DNA of 64,000 nucleotides from Pedosphaera parvula Ellin514 (GCA_943332515.1 CALQPR010000021.1:9737-73736); one strand, 5' to 3'; shown: positions 26,990-35,430, numbered from the stretch's first letter. Translations and numbers: made by a program. The notes: generated by a model from the sequence alone, not told the origin.

Positions 26990-27802
26990 TCACACCGGGA
27001 TGGCGATGCTCTCGTACACTTCGCGAATCAGTTGAGTGCCATACTTCGCTTCGAGGCGTCTCACGATGAAGTGTCCGCGCGCCATGTCTTGGAAATGGGC
27101 CATGAACAATACATTGATCGTCGCACCGCCCGCCGCGCCGATGATGGGCACGGCCTTGGCCGCTGCCTGCTCGGACACCACGACGCCGAACCGTCCGGCG
27201 ATGGCGGTGACGAGGCGGAGCAGGGCAGGGGCGGATTCCTCGATGACGGTCTTCTCGGCGAGATAGGTGGCGGCTTCGGAGACCGCTTTCGCCAGCGCGG
27301 CGCGGACAGCCCAGTAGCTTCCTTCGGCTGCGTCATCCACGCTCGATTTGCTGCCGAGCGCGAACACTTCGAGGCACGACATCCGGGTGAGTGGCGAACG
27401 GATATCGTGGCCTTCGCTGCGAGCGATGTCGGCGATGGAGCGCAGCATGATGGTGGTCGAGACGGGCAATTCGACGGGCAACGAGGCGAGGCCGAACAAT
27501 CCGCCGAGTCCACCGGAAGCGCCGACGAGCATCTTATGAAACCGCTCGGACGCGCGTCTGGGTTGTTTGCTGCCCATCGTGGTGACGGCGGCGCTGAGCG
27601 CGGTGGTGAGGGATGCCTTTGCCGCCTTGTTCACGATTCCCTGCCAGCCGCTGGGCAGTAGTTTGAATCCTCGCTCGATCGGCTTGCCTAATTTGCCGGC
27701 CAGTCGCGCGGTGAAGCCCGGGTTCTCAAGCAAAGTCTTCGCCCTTACGAGGTCGCCCCGCTCTGGCGTAGTCAGGTTCGGCAATATTGGCGGCAATTCC
27801 AT
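26990..27802 (-). CDS. EcsC-family protein
   Basis: 270 aa and Ala/Gly-rich. The segments MLRSIADIARSEGHDIRSPLTRMSCLEVFALGS and NVLFMAHFQDMARGHFIVRRLEAKYG match my recollection of EcsC-family proteins. Confidence 0.6.
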   Translation of the reverse strand: MELPPILPNLTTPERGDLVRAKTLLENPGFTARLAGKLGKPIERGFKLLPSGWQGIVNKAAKASLTTALSAAVTTMGSKQPRRASERFHKMLVGASGGLGGLFGLASLPVELPVSTTIMLRSIADIARSEGHDIRSPLTRMSCLEVFALGSKSSVDDAAEGSYWAVRAALAKAVSEAATYLAEKTVIEESAPALLRLVTAIAGRFGVVVSEQAAAKAVPIIGAAGGATINVLFMAHFQDMARGHFIVRRLEAKYGTQLIREVYESIAIPV

Positions 27803-28085
27803 GCGGGTCCCGCAGTCTAGGCGCTGGAGCGAGCTTTCGCCAAGTGTAGTTCGCGGGAGTGTGGCCGAAAGAGGCCGGATTCGCGTTCCGTCTCGAAGAC
27901 GAGAGTGTCGAGAGGTGGCGGTTTTCGCGCTGTGAATACTTGCGCGGCGCAGAGCAACGCAACGCTCCAGCCCTCGTAGCGTGAGAGCTTCCCGGGGTTG
28001 TGGGCTGTGTCCGGATCCATTTTCAATTGCGGGCCGCCGTGAAATTACTTGCTGCGCCGCTTTCGGCTCAGATACTCAATGCGAT

Positions 28086-28604
28086 ATGGAATCGTCGCCA
28101 AAGCAATCCTCCCCGAATCCCGGTGTAACTTCTTTCTACGATCTGAAACCGCTGACCCTGTTGGGTGATACGGCCGACCTTACGGCTTTTCGGGGAAAGG
28201 TGACGCTGGTGGTCAACGTCGCGAGCCGTTGCGGCTACACGCCTCAATACAAGGGGCTCGAACGACTGCATCGTGAGTTGAAAGACAAGGGATTCGCCGT
28301 GCTCGGGTTTCCGAGTAACGACTTCGGCGGGCAGGAACCCGGGACGCACCACGATATCGCTGAGTTTTGTCGGCTCACCTATGCTGTGACGTTCCCGATG
28401 TTTTCCAAAGTGTCCACCCAGCCGGGCCCTGGGCAATCGCCGGTGTATCAGTATCTCGGCGCGACCGGGAATCTGCCGGAATGGAACTTCAGCAAATATC
28501 TCGTCGGCAAGGACGGCAAGGTGTGCGCGTTTTTCCAGGGCGATGTCGAGCCGGATGCGCCCGCGTTGCGCGAAGCAATCGCAGAGGCCTTGTCTGCGAA
28601 ATGA
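28086..28604 (+). CDS. Glutathione peroxidase (Cys-type)
   Basis: The ATG at 28086 gives a protein with KVTLVVNVASRCGYTPQY, LGFPSNDFGGQEPG and WNFSKYLV, the three canonical GPx motifs. Confidence 0.9.
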   Translation: MESSPKQSSPNPGVTSFYDLKPLTLLGDTADLTAFRGKVTLVVNVASRCGYTPQYKGLERLHRELKDKGFAVLGFPSNDFGGQEPGTHHDIAEFCRLTYAVTFPMFSKVSTQPGPGQSPVYQYLGATGNLPEWNFSKYLVGKDGKVCAFFQGDVEPDAPALREAIAEALSAK

Positions 28605-29614
28605 ACCCGCCCTCGCTCTCCGCCGACGTGTATTGGCCGATGATGAAGAGCGCTGCGATCATCGCGGCGGGAGAGCTTGGCGTCTTCGCCGCGTTAAGCC
28701 ACGGCCCGCTCTCGACGGAGGAACTTGCGGCGCGTTTGCGAGCTTCCATCGAGGGGACTGAACGTCTCTGCGCGGTGTTGGTGCAGTCGGGCTATCTCGT
28801 GCGGAGCGCGGATGATCGTCTCGGCAACAGCGTTCATGCACAAGAGTGGCTGGCCCAAGCGGGCGAAACTGATTTGAGCAGCGGCCTGCGGTGGTTCGCC
28901 CATGCGTGGCGGCTGATGTCGGGCTTGAGTTCCGCCGTCGTCAGCGGAGCGCCCATGACGGTGCTCTGGGATCTGATGAAGGAAAATCCCGGCATGGGCC
29001 CGGCCTTCGCGGCCTACATGAAGGATCACGCTGCCGGGGTTGTTGACGATGTTCAGCGCGCGGTTGAATTGCCCGCTGGTGCCAGGACGCTGCTGGATGT
29101 CGGTGGCTCGCACGGCTTGCACGCGACGGCCTTTTGTCGCCGCTCGCCTGCGTTGCGCGCCGTGATCTATGACCTGCCTGTTTCGCTCGCGAACACGCGC
29201 GACTTGCTGGCCACATGGGGCGTCGGAGATCGTATCTGCTGCGTGGAAGGCAATATCGTGGAGGACGAGATCGAAGGCACGTTCGACGTCATCACGTACT
29301 TCCTTGTCGCTCACAACCAGAGCGACGCCGACAACGCCCGCATTGTCCAAAAGATGGCGAGGGCGTTGAATCCGGGCGGGGCGCTCGTGATCTACGAATA
29401 TGTCCGCGACCCGGCTGCGCGCTTCTCCGTGTCAGCCGCAGAAGCTTCGGCTTCGGCCTTCGACCTGACCTTGCTGGTGGAGACGGGCACGCGCACGCAT
29501 ACGGCTGAACGCATCACGGCGTGGCTGCACGACGCAGGCTTGAAGGACGTGGTTCGCACCGATCTGCAACCGGTCGAGAAGGGCTCGATCTTCTGCGCGC
29601 ACCGGCTGCGGTAG
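28601..29614 (+). CDS. SAM-dependent O-methyltransferase (family 2, with an N-terminal wHTH/dimerisation domain)
   Basis: The ATG at 28601 overlaps the gpx stop (ATGA). The N-terminal region is AAIIAAGELGVFAALSHGPLSTEELAARL. The SAM motif is LLDVGGSHG. The ORF-track start at 28367 lies inside gpx. Confidence 0.8.
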   Translation: MNPPSLSADVYWPMMKSAAIIAAGELGVFAALSHGPLSTEELAARLRASIEGTERLCAVLVQSGYLVRSADDRLGNSVHAQEWLAQAGETDLSSGLRWFAHAWRLMSGLSSAVVSGAPMTVLWDLMKENPGMGPAFAAYMKDHAAGVVDDVQRAVELPAGARTLLDVGGSHGLHATAFCRRSPALRAVIYDLPVSLANTRDLLATWGVGDRICCVEGNIVEDEIEGTFDVITYFLVAHNQSDADNARIVQKMARALNPGGALVIYEYVRDPAARFSVSAAEASASAFDLTLLVETGTRTHTAERITAWLHDAGLKDVVRTDLQPVEKGSIFCAHRLR

Positions 29615-29627
29615 TTCGGCTTGGGAC

Positions 29628-30419
29628 CTACGAGCTCGCGCTGGTGTAGCGTCGAAGCGAATAGCGCCAGACGCCTTCGGACACCAGGAACAATCCGGCG
29701 CTCATCGCGACCAGTAGCAGCATGTCCAGCGGCGAGGAGAGTTTGTTCACCAGGATTTTGGCCGGGACATTGGAGACGAGCAGCATGGGAAGGACGTAGG
29801 TGAACACGACTTTGAATCCGCCGCGAAAGGCGCTGTCCGGCAGGCGCGCGATGTTGAAGAGGTTGTAGTAGCCCCAGACGATGCCCTGCGCTTTCACGGT
29901 CCAGAAGCTCGAGCTGGCGAGGAGGAACATCAGCGAATAGTGGATCATCAGGCCGGCGAGGCTCATCAGGAGGAAGCACCCGACCTGGAGAATGGTGGGC
30001 GAGAGGTTGAGCTGAATTCCGGCGTAGCAAATCACCACGATGGCCGAGGCGGCGTTGACGAACGCGCCGAGATCAACCTGACGCAGCGAGACCAGGAAAC
30101 GGGTGTTGATGGGGAGCAGGAGGAGGAAGTCCATGCGGCCAGTGCGGATATGTTCCGAGATCTGCACGCAGTTGTTCAGGAAGAAGGCGGTGAAGAGTTG
30201 CTGCACGAAATGGCTCGCTCCCACGAGCAGGATGACCTGCCACTTGGACCAGTCCCCGATGTGATCGGTGTGCTGGTAGATGGCGGCGATGAAGCCGATC
30301 TGGAGGGCGAACCAGAGGAACTCCACGACGATCCAGAGGAGGAAGTTCGTCTTGAATCCCATCTCGCGCACGACGCTGTTCTGCCAGAGGGCGGCGTAGA
30401 TTTTGAGGTAGCGGGTCAT
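29628..30419 (-). CDS. ABC-2-type transporter permease (DUF990-like)
   Basis: The N-terminus MTRYLKIYAALWQNSVVREMGFKTNFLLWIVVEFLWFALQ is followed by about 6 hydrophobic segments. It is paired with a paralog upstream. Confidence 0.75.
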   Translation of the reverse strand: MTRYLKIYAALWQNSVVREMGFKTNFLLWIVVEFLWFALQIGFIAAIYQHTDHIGDWSKWQVILLVGASHFVQQLFTAFFLNNCVQISEHIRTGRMDFLLLLPINTRFLVSLRQVDLGAFVNAASAIVVICYAGIQLNLSPTILQVGCFLLMSLAGLMIHYSLMFLLASSSFWTVKAQGIVWGYYNLFNIARLPDSAFRGGFKVVFTYVLPMLLVSNVPAKILVNKLSSPLDMLLLVAMSAGLFLVSEGVWRYSLRRYTSASS

Positions 30420-30437
30420 CGGGGATTAAAGGAGATC

Positions 30438-30579
30438 AACCACGGATGAAAACCGATTCACACGGATGGCGGTGAGGAATGTAGTGACGAAAGTGATGGA
30501 GCTTCCTTGGGCGGCAGAAGTCTGCGGTTGTTGTCCAAAGGCCGTTCCCATCCGTGTCCATCGGTGTTCATCCGTGGTT
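30438..30579. repeat. MITE/REP-like element with 32-bp imperfect terminal inverted repeats, lying between the two permease genes
   Basis: The left arm is AACCACGGATGAAAACCGATTCACACGGATGG (30438-30469). The right arm is CCATCCGTGTCCATCGGTGTTCATCCGTGGTT (30548-30579). 29 of 32 positions are complementary. Each arm contains two CACGGATG copies. Confidence 0.65.
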
Positions 30580-30613
30580 AAAATGAGGTGTTCGGGAGCC
30601 ATGAAAAATAGCC

Positions 30614-31414
30614 TCACCCTCCGACGGCGGAATACTTTTTGATCCCCCGGCTCCACACGAAGCGGGCGAGCAGGTAGGTGGCGACGACCCAGCCCGCCTG
30701 GATGAACAGGCCCGCATAGAGTTCCGGGCCGCTCACGCGTCCGAGGTAGATGTTCACCGGGAAGAACAACTGATACGGAAACGGCGTGAAGTTCAGAATC
30801 TTCAGGACTCCCGCCGGCAGAATATCGAGCGGGAACAGATGGCCGGAGGCGATGTATTCGAACGCATACAGGATGAAGATGAAGGTGGAGACTTCGAGCA
30901 CCCAGAAGGCAAGCAGCGCCATGGTGAATGACATGAAGAACTGAAGCAGCGCGGTGAACACGAGCGACAGCGCGAACCAGCCGACCGTGGCGAGGTCGTT
31001 CGGCAGGACGAAATTCGCGCGCTGAACGAAGAGGAAGATTGCGACCGGAAGAATCGCGCACGCCGTGAAGACCAGGCGGCCCGCGCCGTAAAGGCAAAGG
31101 CGGTAAGAGAGATAATCGATCGGCTTCAACAGGAACTGGCTGATGTTTCCGTCCTTGATGTCCGCCGCGATCTGCCAGTCATCCTCCGTCACGGCGGTCA
31201 GCGCATCGACGATGGTGACGACGAGGTAGTAGGACGTCATCTGCGCGAGCGTGTAGCCGGCGACGTCGCCTTCCTTGCCGGAATAAATGGTGCGCCAGAG
31301 CGAGATGGTCGCGAAGAGCGGGATGAGTCCGAACACGCTCCGGAAGATGAAGTTCGCCCGGTAGGTGAGCGTGTTCTGAATCCCGATGTTGATGATGTGC
31401 CAGTATTTGTTCAC
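30614..31414 (-). CDS. ABC-2-type transporter permease (DUF990-like)
   Basis: The N-terminus is MNKYWHIINIGIQNTLTYRANFIFRSVFGLIPLF. The protein has multiple TM segments and is a paralog of 29628..30419. Confidence 0.75.
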   Translation of the reverse strand: MNKYWHIINIGIQNTLTYRANFIFRSVFGLIPLFATISLWRTIYSGKEGDVAGYTLAQMTSYYLVVTIVDALTAVTEDDWQIAADIKDGNISQFLLKPIDYLSYRLCLYGAGRLVFTACAILPVAIFLFVQRANFVLPNDLATVGWFALSLVFTALLQFFMSFTMALLAFWVLEVSTFIFILYAFEYIASGHLFPLDILPAGVLKILNFTPFPYQLFFPVNIYLGRVSGPELYAGLFIQAGWVVATYLLARFVWSRGIKKYSAVGG

Positions 31415-31438
31415 TCGTGGAGATGGCCGTGGTTGAAC

Positions 31439-32617
31439 CTAAACCCCGCGATTCGCACGCCAGAGCAGAACGATGCCGACGGCTTGGAAGAGGAAATTTG
31501 GAACCCAAAGGATGAGATGCGGCGCAAGCTCTGGCCGGGTCTCCAGCGACTGACCAAGGATGAAGAAGCTGTAGTAAATCACGACCAGCATCAGGGCGAC
31601 TGCGATGCCGAAGGTCGTCTCGCGGCGATGGGCGCGAATGCCGAGCGGGATTCCGATGAGCGTAAAGCCGATGCAGGCGAAGGAGAAGGCGACCTGTCGG
31701 TGCAGTTGCACGCGGACGGGCAGGGTCAGGTCGAGTTTCTTCTGCGCTTTCATCTGGTTCATCTTCTCCCGCAACAAATCGTTCGAGAGCTTTTCGACGG
31801 GCGCAGTGGATTCCAATCGTTTCTCCAGGTCGTGCAGTTCCTCGAGCAGTTGGGTGAAGCTCATGTCGCTCAAGTCCACTTTGCGCCTCTCCGTCTTTGT
31901 CGGGGCATTGGTGAACGAAAATTCGATGACGCCCAGAGGGACAGGCTGCGGGAGCTTCTGTCCTTCCCGGAACGTGACGCTGTAGGCGTTGCTCAGCACC
32001 ACGGTCAGCACGTTGTTGGCGGGATTGAACTGGAGGACGCCCTGGTCCGCGCGGTTGTAGCTCTCGACCTTGTTGTCGTGCAGTTCGTAGATGAGCACGT
32101 CATCGAGATTCGTGCCCGTCACTTTGCTCACGTAAACGATGCAGTTCGTATTGAGGTCCTTGATGTACGTTTTCTCCGGGATGAAGCTCGCTGTGCGCGC
32201 GAAGCCGATTTGGGAGAGCAACCCCTTGTAGGCCACGCGACATTGCGGGGCCAGTTCTAGGTTGATGTAAGCCGCCACGCCGCTGAGCCCGACGCTCAGG
32301 AGAAGGACAGGCGTGACCAGCGCCACGAGGCTGATGCCGCTGGCGCGCACCGCCGTGAGCTCGTTGTCCGCGCTGAAGCGGCCGAAGACGAGCAACGCGG
32401 CGGTGAGCATTCCCATCGGGAGTGCGAAGACGAGGACGAACGGAATGAGCAGCGCCACGGCTTTGAGGACGAGCGGGAGATCAGCCTGGCGATTGACGAG
32501 CAGGCCGAGAATTTCCTTCAGCACACTGCCGAGCATCAGGACGAACGTGAAGACGATGACGGTCATCAGCAACGTCACCAACACCTGGCGGGTGAGGTAA
32601 AGGTGCAGCGTCTTCAT
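31439..32617 (-). CDS. LptF/LptG-family (YjgP/YjgQ) permease
   Basis: ORF 31439..32719. The ATG at 32617 gives MKTLHLYLTRQVLVTLLMTVIVFTFVLMLGSVLKEI, the typical LptF/G N-terminus. It has a large periplasmic loop and C-terminal TM helices. Confidence 0.8.
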   Translation of the reverse strand: MKTLHLYLTRQVLVTLLMTVIVFTFVLMLGSVLKEILGLLVNRQADLPLVLKAVALLIPFVLVFALPMGMLTAALLVFGRFSADNELTAVRASGISLVALVTPVLLLSVGLSGVAAYINLELAPQCRVAYKGLLSQIGFARTASFIPEKTYIKDLNTNCIVYVSKVTGTNLDDVLIYELHDNKVESYNRADQGVLQFNPANNVLTVVLSNAYSVTFREGQKLPQPVPLGVIEFSFTNAPTKTERRKVDLSDMSFTQLLEELHDLEKRLESTAPVEKLSNDLLREKMNQMKAQKKLDLTLPVRVQLHRQVAFSFACIGFTLIGIPLGIRAHRRETTFGIAVALMLVVIYYSFFILGQSLETRPELAPHLILWVPNFLFQAVGIVLLWRANRGV

Positions 32618-32782
32618 GCGTTCGGGTGTGACATCACGGGCCGTGAGTTTCTGGACGGCAGAAGGGGAACTCAAGGAAATACCCGGATGAGGAAACGGGT
32701 GCCACGTTCCTGTTCTCAAAGTTCACGGCGGAGTGGAAATTGGTTTTCGCAATGGCGGTTCCGATGCAGGATTCGGACTGCG

Positions 32783-33697
32783 TTGAACGATTCGAAACAA
32801 TCGCGTGTTGGATACCGGGGGCGGCTGGCACCGTCGCCGACGGGCTACATGCACCTCGGTCACGCGCGAACTTTCTGGGCCGCGCAGGAGCGGGCCGAAG
32901 CGCAAGGTGGCGTCCTGGTTCTGCGGAATGAGGACTTGGATCGCGACCGTTGCCGTCCGGAATTTGTCACGGCGATGTTGGAGGATTTGCGCTGGTTCGG
33001 CCTGCGCTGGCAGGAGGGGCCCGATGTCGGCGGAGCCTTCGGACCTTACTCGCAAAGCGAACGCCGCGCTGTTTACATCCGGACGTTTGAGCAGTTGCGA
33101 AGCGGAGGGTTCCTCTACCCGTGCAAATGCTCCCGGCGCGATGTGGAACGCGCGATCGGAGCGCCGCACGCCGGAGAGGCGGAGCCGTTGTATCCGGGAA
33201 CGTGCCGGCACGACGTGGAGCTTCAGGTACCGCAGCAGGCGTGGAATCCAGGGGACAATTTGAGTCTTGCGCCTTCGCACCAGGGTCCGCGAATCAGTTG
33301 GCGGTTTCGCGTGCCCGATGGCGAGAAGCTTTCTTTCGTGGACGGAGCGATGGGGCCGCAGTCATTCGTGGCGGGGGAGGACTTCGGGGATTTTCTCGTC
33401 TGGCGTCACGATGGCGTGCCTTCCTATCAACTGTCGGTCGTGGCGGATGATGCGGCGATGGAGATTTCCGAGGTGGTGCGGGGCAGTGATTTGTTGCTCT
33501 CAACCGCGCGCCAGATTTTGATCTATAGTGCCCTTGGAGTGCGGGTGCCGGAGTTTTTTCATTGTCCGCTTATGACGGACGAACACGGGGTGCGTCTCGC
33601 CAAGCGCCACGATGCGCTGAGCTTGCGGGCGTTGAGAGGGCAGGGGAAGACACCTGGGGAACTGCGGTCGCAGTCCGGCAGTTCAGGGCCCGCTTGA
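32783..33697 (+). CDS. gluQ: tRNA glutamyl-Q(34) synthetase (GluQRS)-like
   Basis: Motifs RGRLAPSPTGYMHLGHARTF, VLRNEDLDRDRCRPEF and the Zn-site pattern YPCKCSRRD...YPGTCR. The start is uncertain. The TTG at 32783 gives 304 aa, the usual size. The ORF-track start at 32603 overlaps the divergent lptF/G start. Confidence 0.75.
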   Translation: MNDSKQSRVGYRGRLAPSPTGYMHLGHARTFWAAQERAEAQGGVLVLRNEDLDRDRCRPEFVTAMLEDLRWFGLRWQEGPDVGGAFGPYSQSERRAVYIRTFEQLRSGGFLYPCKCSRRDVERAIGAPHAGEAEPLYPGTCRHDVELQVPQQAWNPGDNLSLAPSHQGPRISWRFRVPDGEKLSFVDGAMGPQSFVAGEDFGDFLVWRHDGVPSYQLSVVADDAAMEISEVVRGSDLLLSTARQILIYSALGVRVPEFFHCPLMTDEHGVRLAKRHDALSLRALRGQGKTPGELRSQSGSSGPA

Positions 33698-33987
33698 ACA
33701 AGGGTTCTCTTCAAATCCTTCTGCGTCCGAGGGACGGATTCCTTGAGCCAAATCCGGCTTGGGTGGAGCTTGTCGCGTCCAGCGGCGCTTCAATGTAAGT
33801 TGGTCGTCAAGCTTGAATTCAAACGCGCTTTTGCGCGTCGCTGCACCTTCTTTGCGCGTCGTTGCAAAGTATTGCCGGTCGTACCGTTGACACTGGGCTC
33901 CCATTCCAAAACTTCATGCTACAAACAACGAGTCCAGACGCGGTGTTTGCAGATGTGCCGGCAGCCCGTCGTCTTGGACGATCCAGT

Positions 33988-34391
33988 TCATTTGTATGAT
34001 GCATGAGCAGCACGCCATCGAACGTCTCCATCCATCCCTGGAGCGCCAGACTCCTGCCAGGCACGGATCGGGCCCATGCCAAATTGCGCCGGCTCGGAGA
34101 TCTGCGCTTCCACCCACGTGCGGTCGCCTTGCCCGCAAGCCACTCCGGCCCGAGGCGCCCCGCGGCACTCTCGGAGGTGGCGTCTCCTGCGGTGGCCGCA
34201 GCGCGGCGAAGGAGGATGGCCTGCGGTGCAAGCTGTGGTGGGTGGCGACGTCAGCTCCTGCAAGCCTCGGACGGAGCGACAGTGCCGGACATTGCCACGT
34301 CAGAGATGATCTCCTGGTTTCTTTCGCCAAAAACTTGACCGTCGAACAGTTCAAAAATCGGACAGAAAGCGGTAAAGAAACGGTAAAGTTT
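33988..34391 (-). pseudogene. Possible decayed gene remnant (function unknown)
   Basis: Hand translation of the minus strand gives protein-like, GC3-rich stretches in different frames, interrupted by stops. Examples are IFELFDGQVFGERNQEIISDVAMSGTVAPSEA then stop at 34253-34251, and GDRTWVEAQISEPAQFGMGPIRAWQESGAPGMDG at about 34130-34020. Confidence 0.3.
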
Positions 34392-34561
34392 TCATGGCTC
34401 ACCCGCACTGTTCCAGCGGTTTGTCGGAGTTCGTTTTTTGCACAGTTTCTGCCTCGTTTTTGCGCCATGAAAACGTTGAACAAATGGTGGGCGAAAATCC
34501 GTCTAGCCCTCTTGTCGTGCGGAGTGAATTGAAAACTGCACCGGACACAAAACTGTAGGCG

Positions 34562-34589
34562 GTGCAGAAATGGTGCAGAAAAAGTGCAG
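34562..34589 (+). repeat. Three 11-bp-phased GTGCAG(A)AA direct repeats (iteron/operator-like)
   Basis: GTGCAG occurs at 34562-34567, 34573-34578 and 34584-34589. An inverted copy, CTGCAC, lies at 34536-34541, and a further GTGCAG at 34652-34657. Confidence 0.4.
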
Positions 34590-34740
34590 TTCTGGAGTCG
34601 TCCGAACGAAACCGGGCTCTCCATGCCTGTCCATCTCTTGGCGCCCGTTATGTGCAGAATCCTTTCAAACTGGACGAATCGCTTCCAGTTAGGGCTCAAG
34701 CAACATTATCGCTTCTGGCAAGAGCATTCGAAATTCCCAT

Positions 34741-34769
34741 TTGACGCCGCCATGGACGCCGTGTAAATA
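34741..34769 (+). promoter_or_regulatory. Candidate sigma70-type promoter of the brnT-brnA-pseudopilin cluster
   Basis: TTGACG (34741-34746), a 17-nt spacer, then TAAATA (34764-34769), 48 nt upstream of the brnT ATG. Confidence 0.45.
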
Positions 34770-34816
34770 CAATGTAATGACAATGAATGCGCGCTGGATA
34801 TACTTTGCATCACGCT

Positions 34817-35107
34817 ATGGAGTTTGATTGGAACAATCCGCCGTTTAACTTGAGCAGCTCAATTTCCATCAAGGATATTGAGGAATCGTTTGAGGACCCG
34901 TTTGCCGTCCGTCTGCTTCCCGATTCCCCGCGTTTCTCCGCTCAAGCCAGGTTTTTCAATCTCGGAGTTTCCGCCAGCGGGACGGGGCTTCTGACCGTCT
35001 ATCGGACGAACGGCAAATCAGCCCGGGTCATTCATGCGCGCTCGTTCGAGTCGGAGGAGAAGTTCTTTTATCAACGGAAGATGAACCAGACGCTCGGAAC
35101 CACCTGA
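34817..35107 (+). CDS. BrnT-like (DUF497) toxin
   Basis: The ATG at 34817 gives MEFDWNNPPFNL...IEESFEDPFAVRLLPDSPRFSAQARFFNLGVSASGTGLLTVYRTNGKSARVIHARSFESEEKFFY. This follows the BrnT pattern FEWD...F.DP......D.......R....G....G.ll.vvyT.R....RiIsAR.a...E...Y. Confidence 0.75.
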   Translation: MEFDWNNPPFNLSSSISIKDIEESFEDPFAVRLLPDSPRFSAQARFFNLGVSASGTGLLTVYRTNGKSARVIHARSFESEEKFFYQRKMNQTLGTT

Positions 35108-35127
35108 GCGCTGCGGAATCAAATCGT

Positions 35128-35430
35128 ATGAACGTGATTAACAGTTGGGACGATGTGCCGCTCTTCGATAGCGAGGAAGGCGAGGCGGCGTATTGGGCGG
35201 AGAATCGACTCGACCTGCGCCTGATGGAATCCGCCGTGGCCGGCACCTCTGAGCTCTCGGAATCTGTTACCATCACCCTGCGCATGGACCCCCGCATGTT
35301 GGCGCGCATTAAAAGGCTGGCGCGCTCCCGCTATCTCAATTACCAAAGCATGATGAAACAATGGCTGAGCGAACGCATGGAGAACGAACTCCGCGAACGC
35401 GACAGCGGTTCCGTGCGACAAAGATTATGA
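35128..35430 (+). CDS. BrnA/CopG-like antitoxin
   Basis: 100 aa, starting 20 nt after brnT. The C-terminal segment VTITLRMDPRMLARIKRLARSRYLNYQSMMKQWLSERM matches the BrnA pattern (i.iRld.d.l...K..A...g..YQtli...L.e.l). Confidence 0.7.
   Translation: MNVINSWDDVPLFDSEEGEAAYWAENRLDLRLMESAVAGTSELSESVTITLRMDPRMLARIKRLARSRYLNYQSMMKQWLSERMENELRERDSGSVRQRL

Noticed and set aside
34640-34660. Possible sigma54 promoter (TTGGCGCCCGTTATGTGCA) upstream of the cluster
   Set aside because: The GG and GC elements are not at the required spacing: TGT occupies the position where TGC is needed, and the next GC is 2 nt too far.
33914-34699. 261-aa minus-strand ORF, and other 60-180-aa ORFs, in the gluQ-brnT gap
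   Set aside because: The translations are Arg/Pro/Ser-rich or Cys/Phe-rich and not protein-like over their full length. I treat the region as non-coding or decayed (see the finding) rather than calling intact genes.
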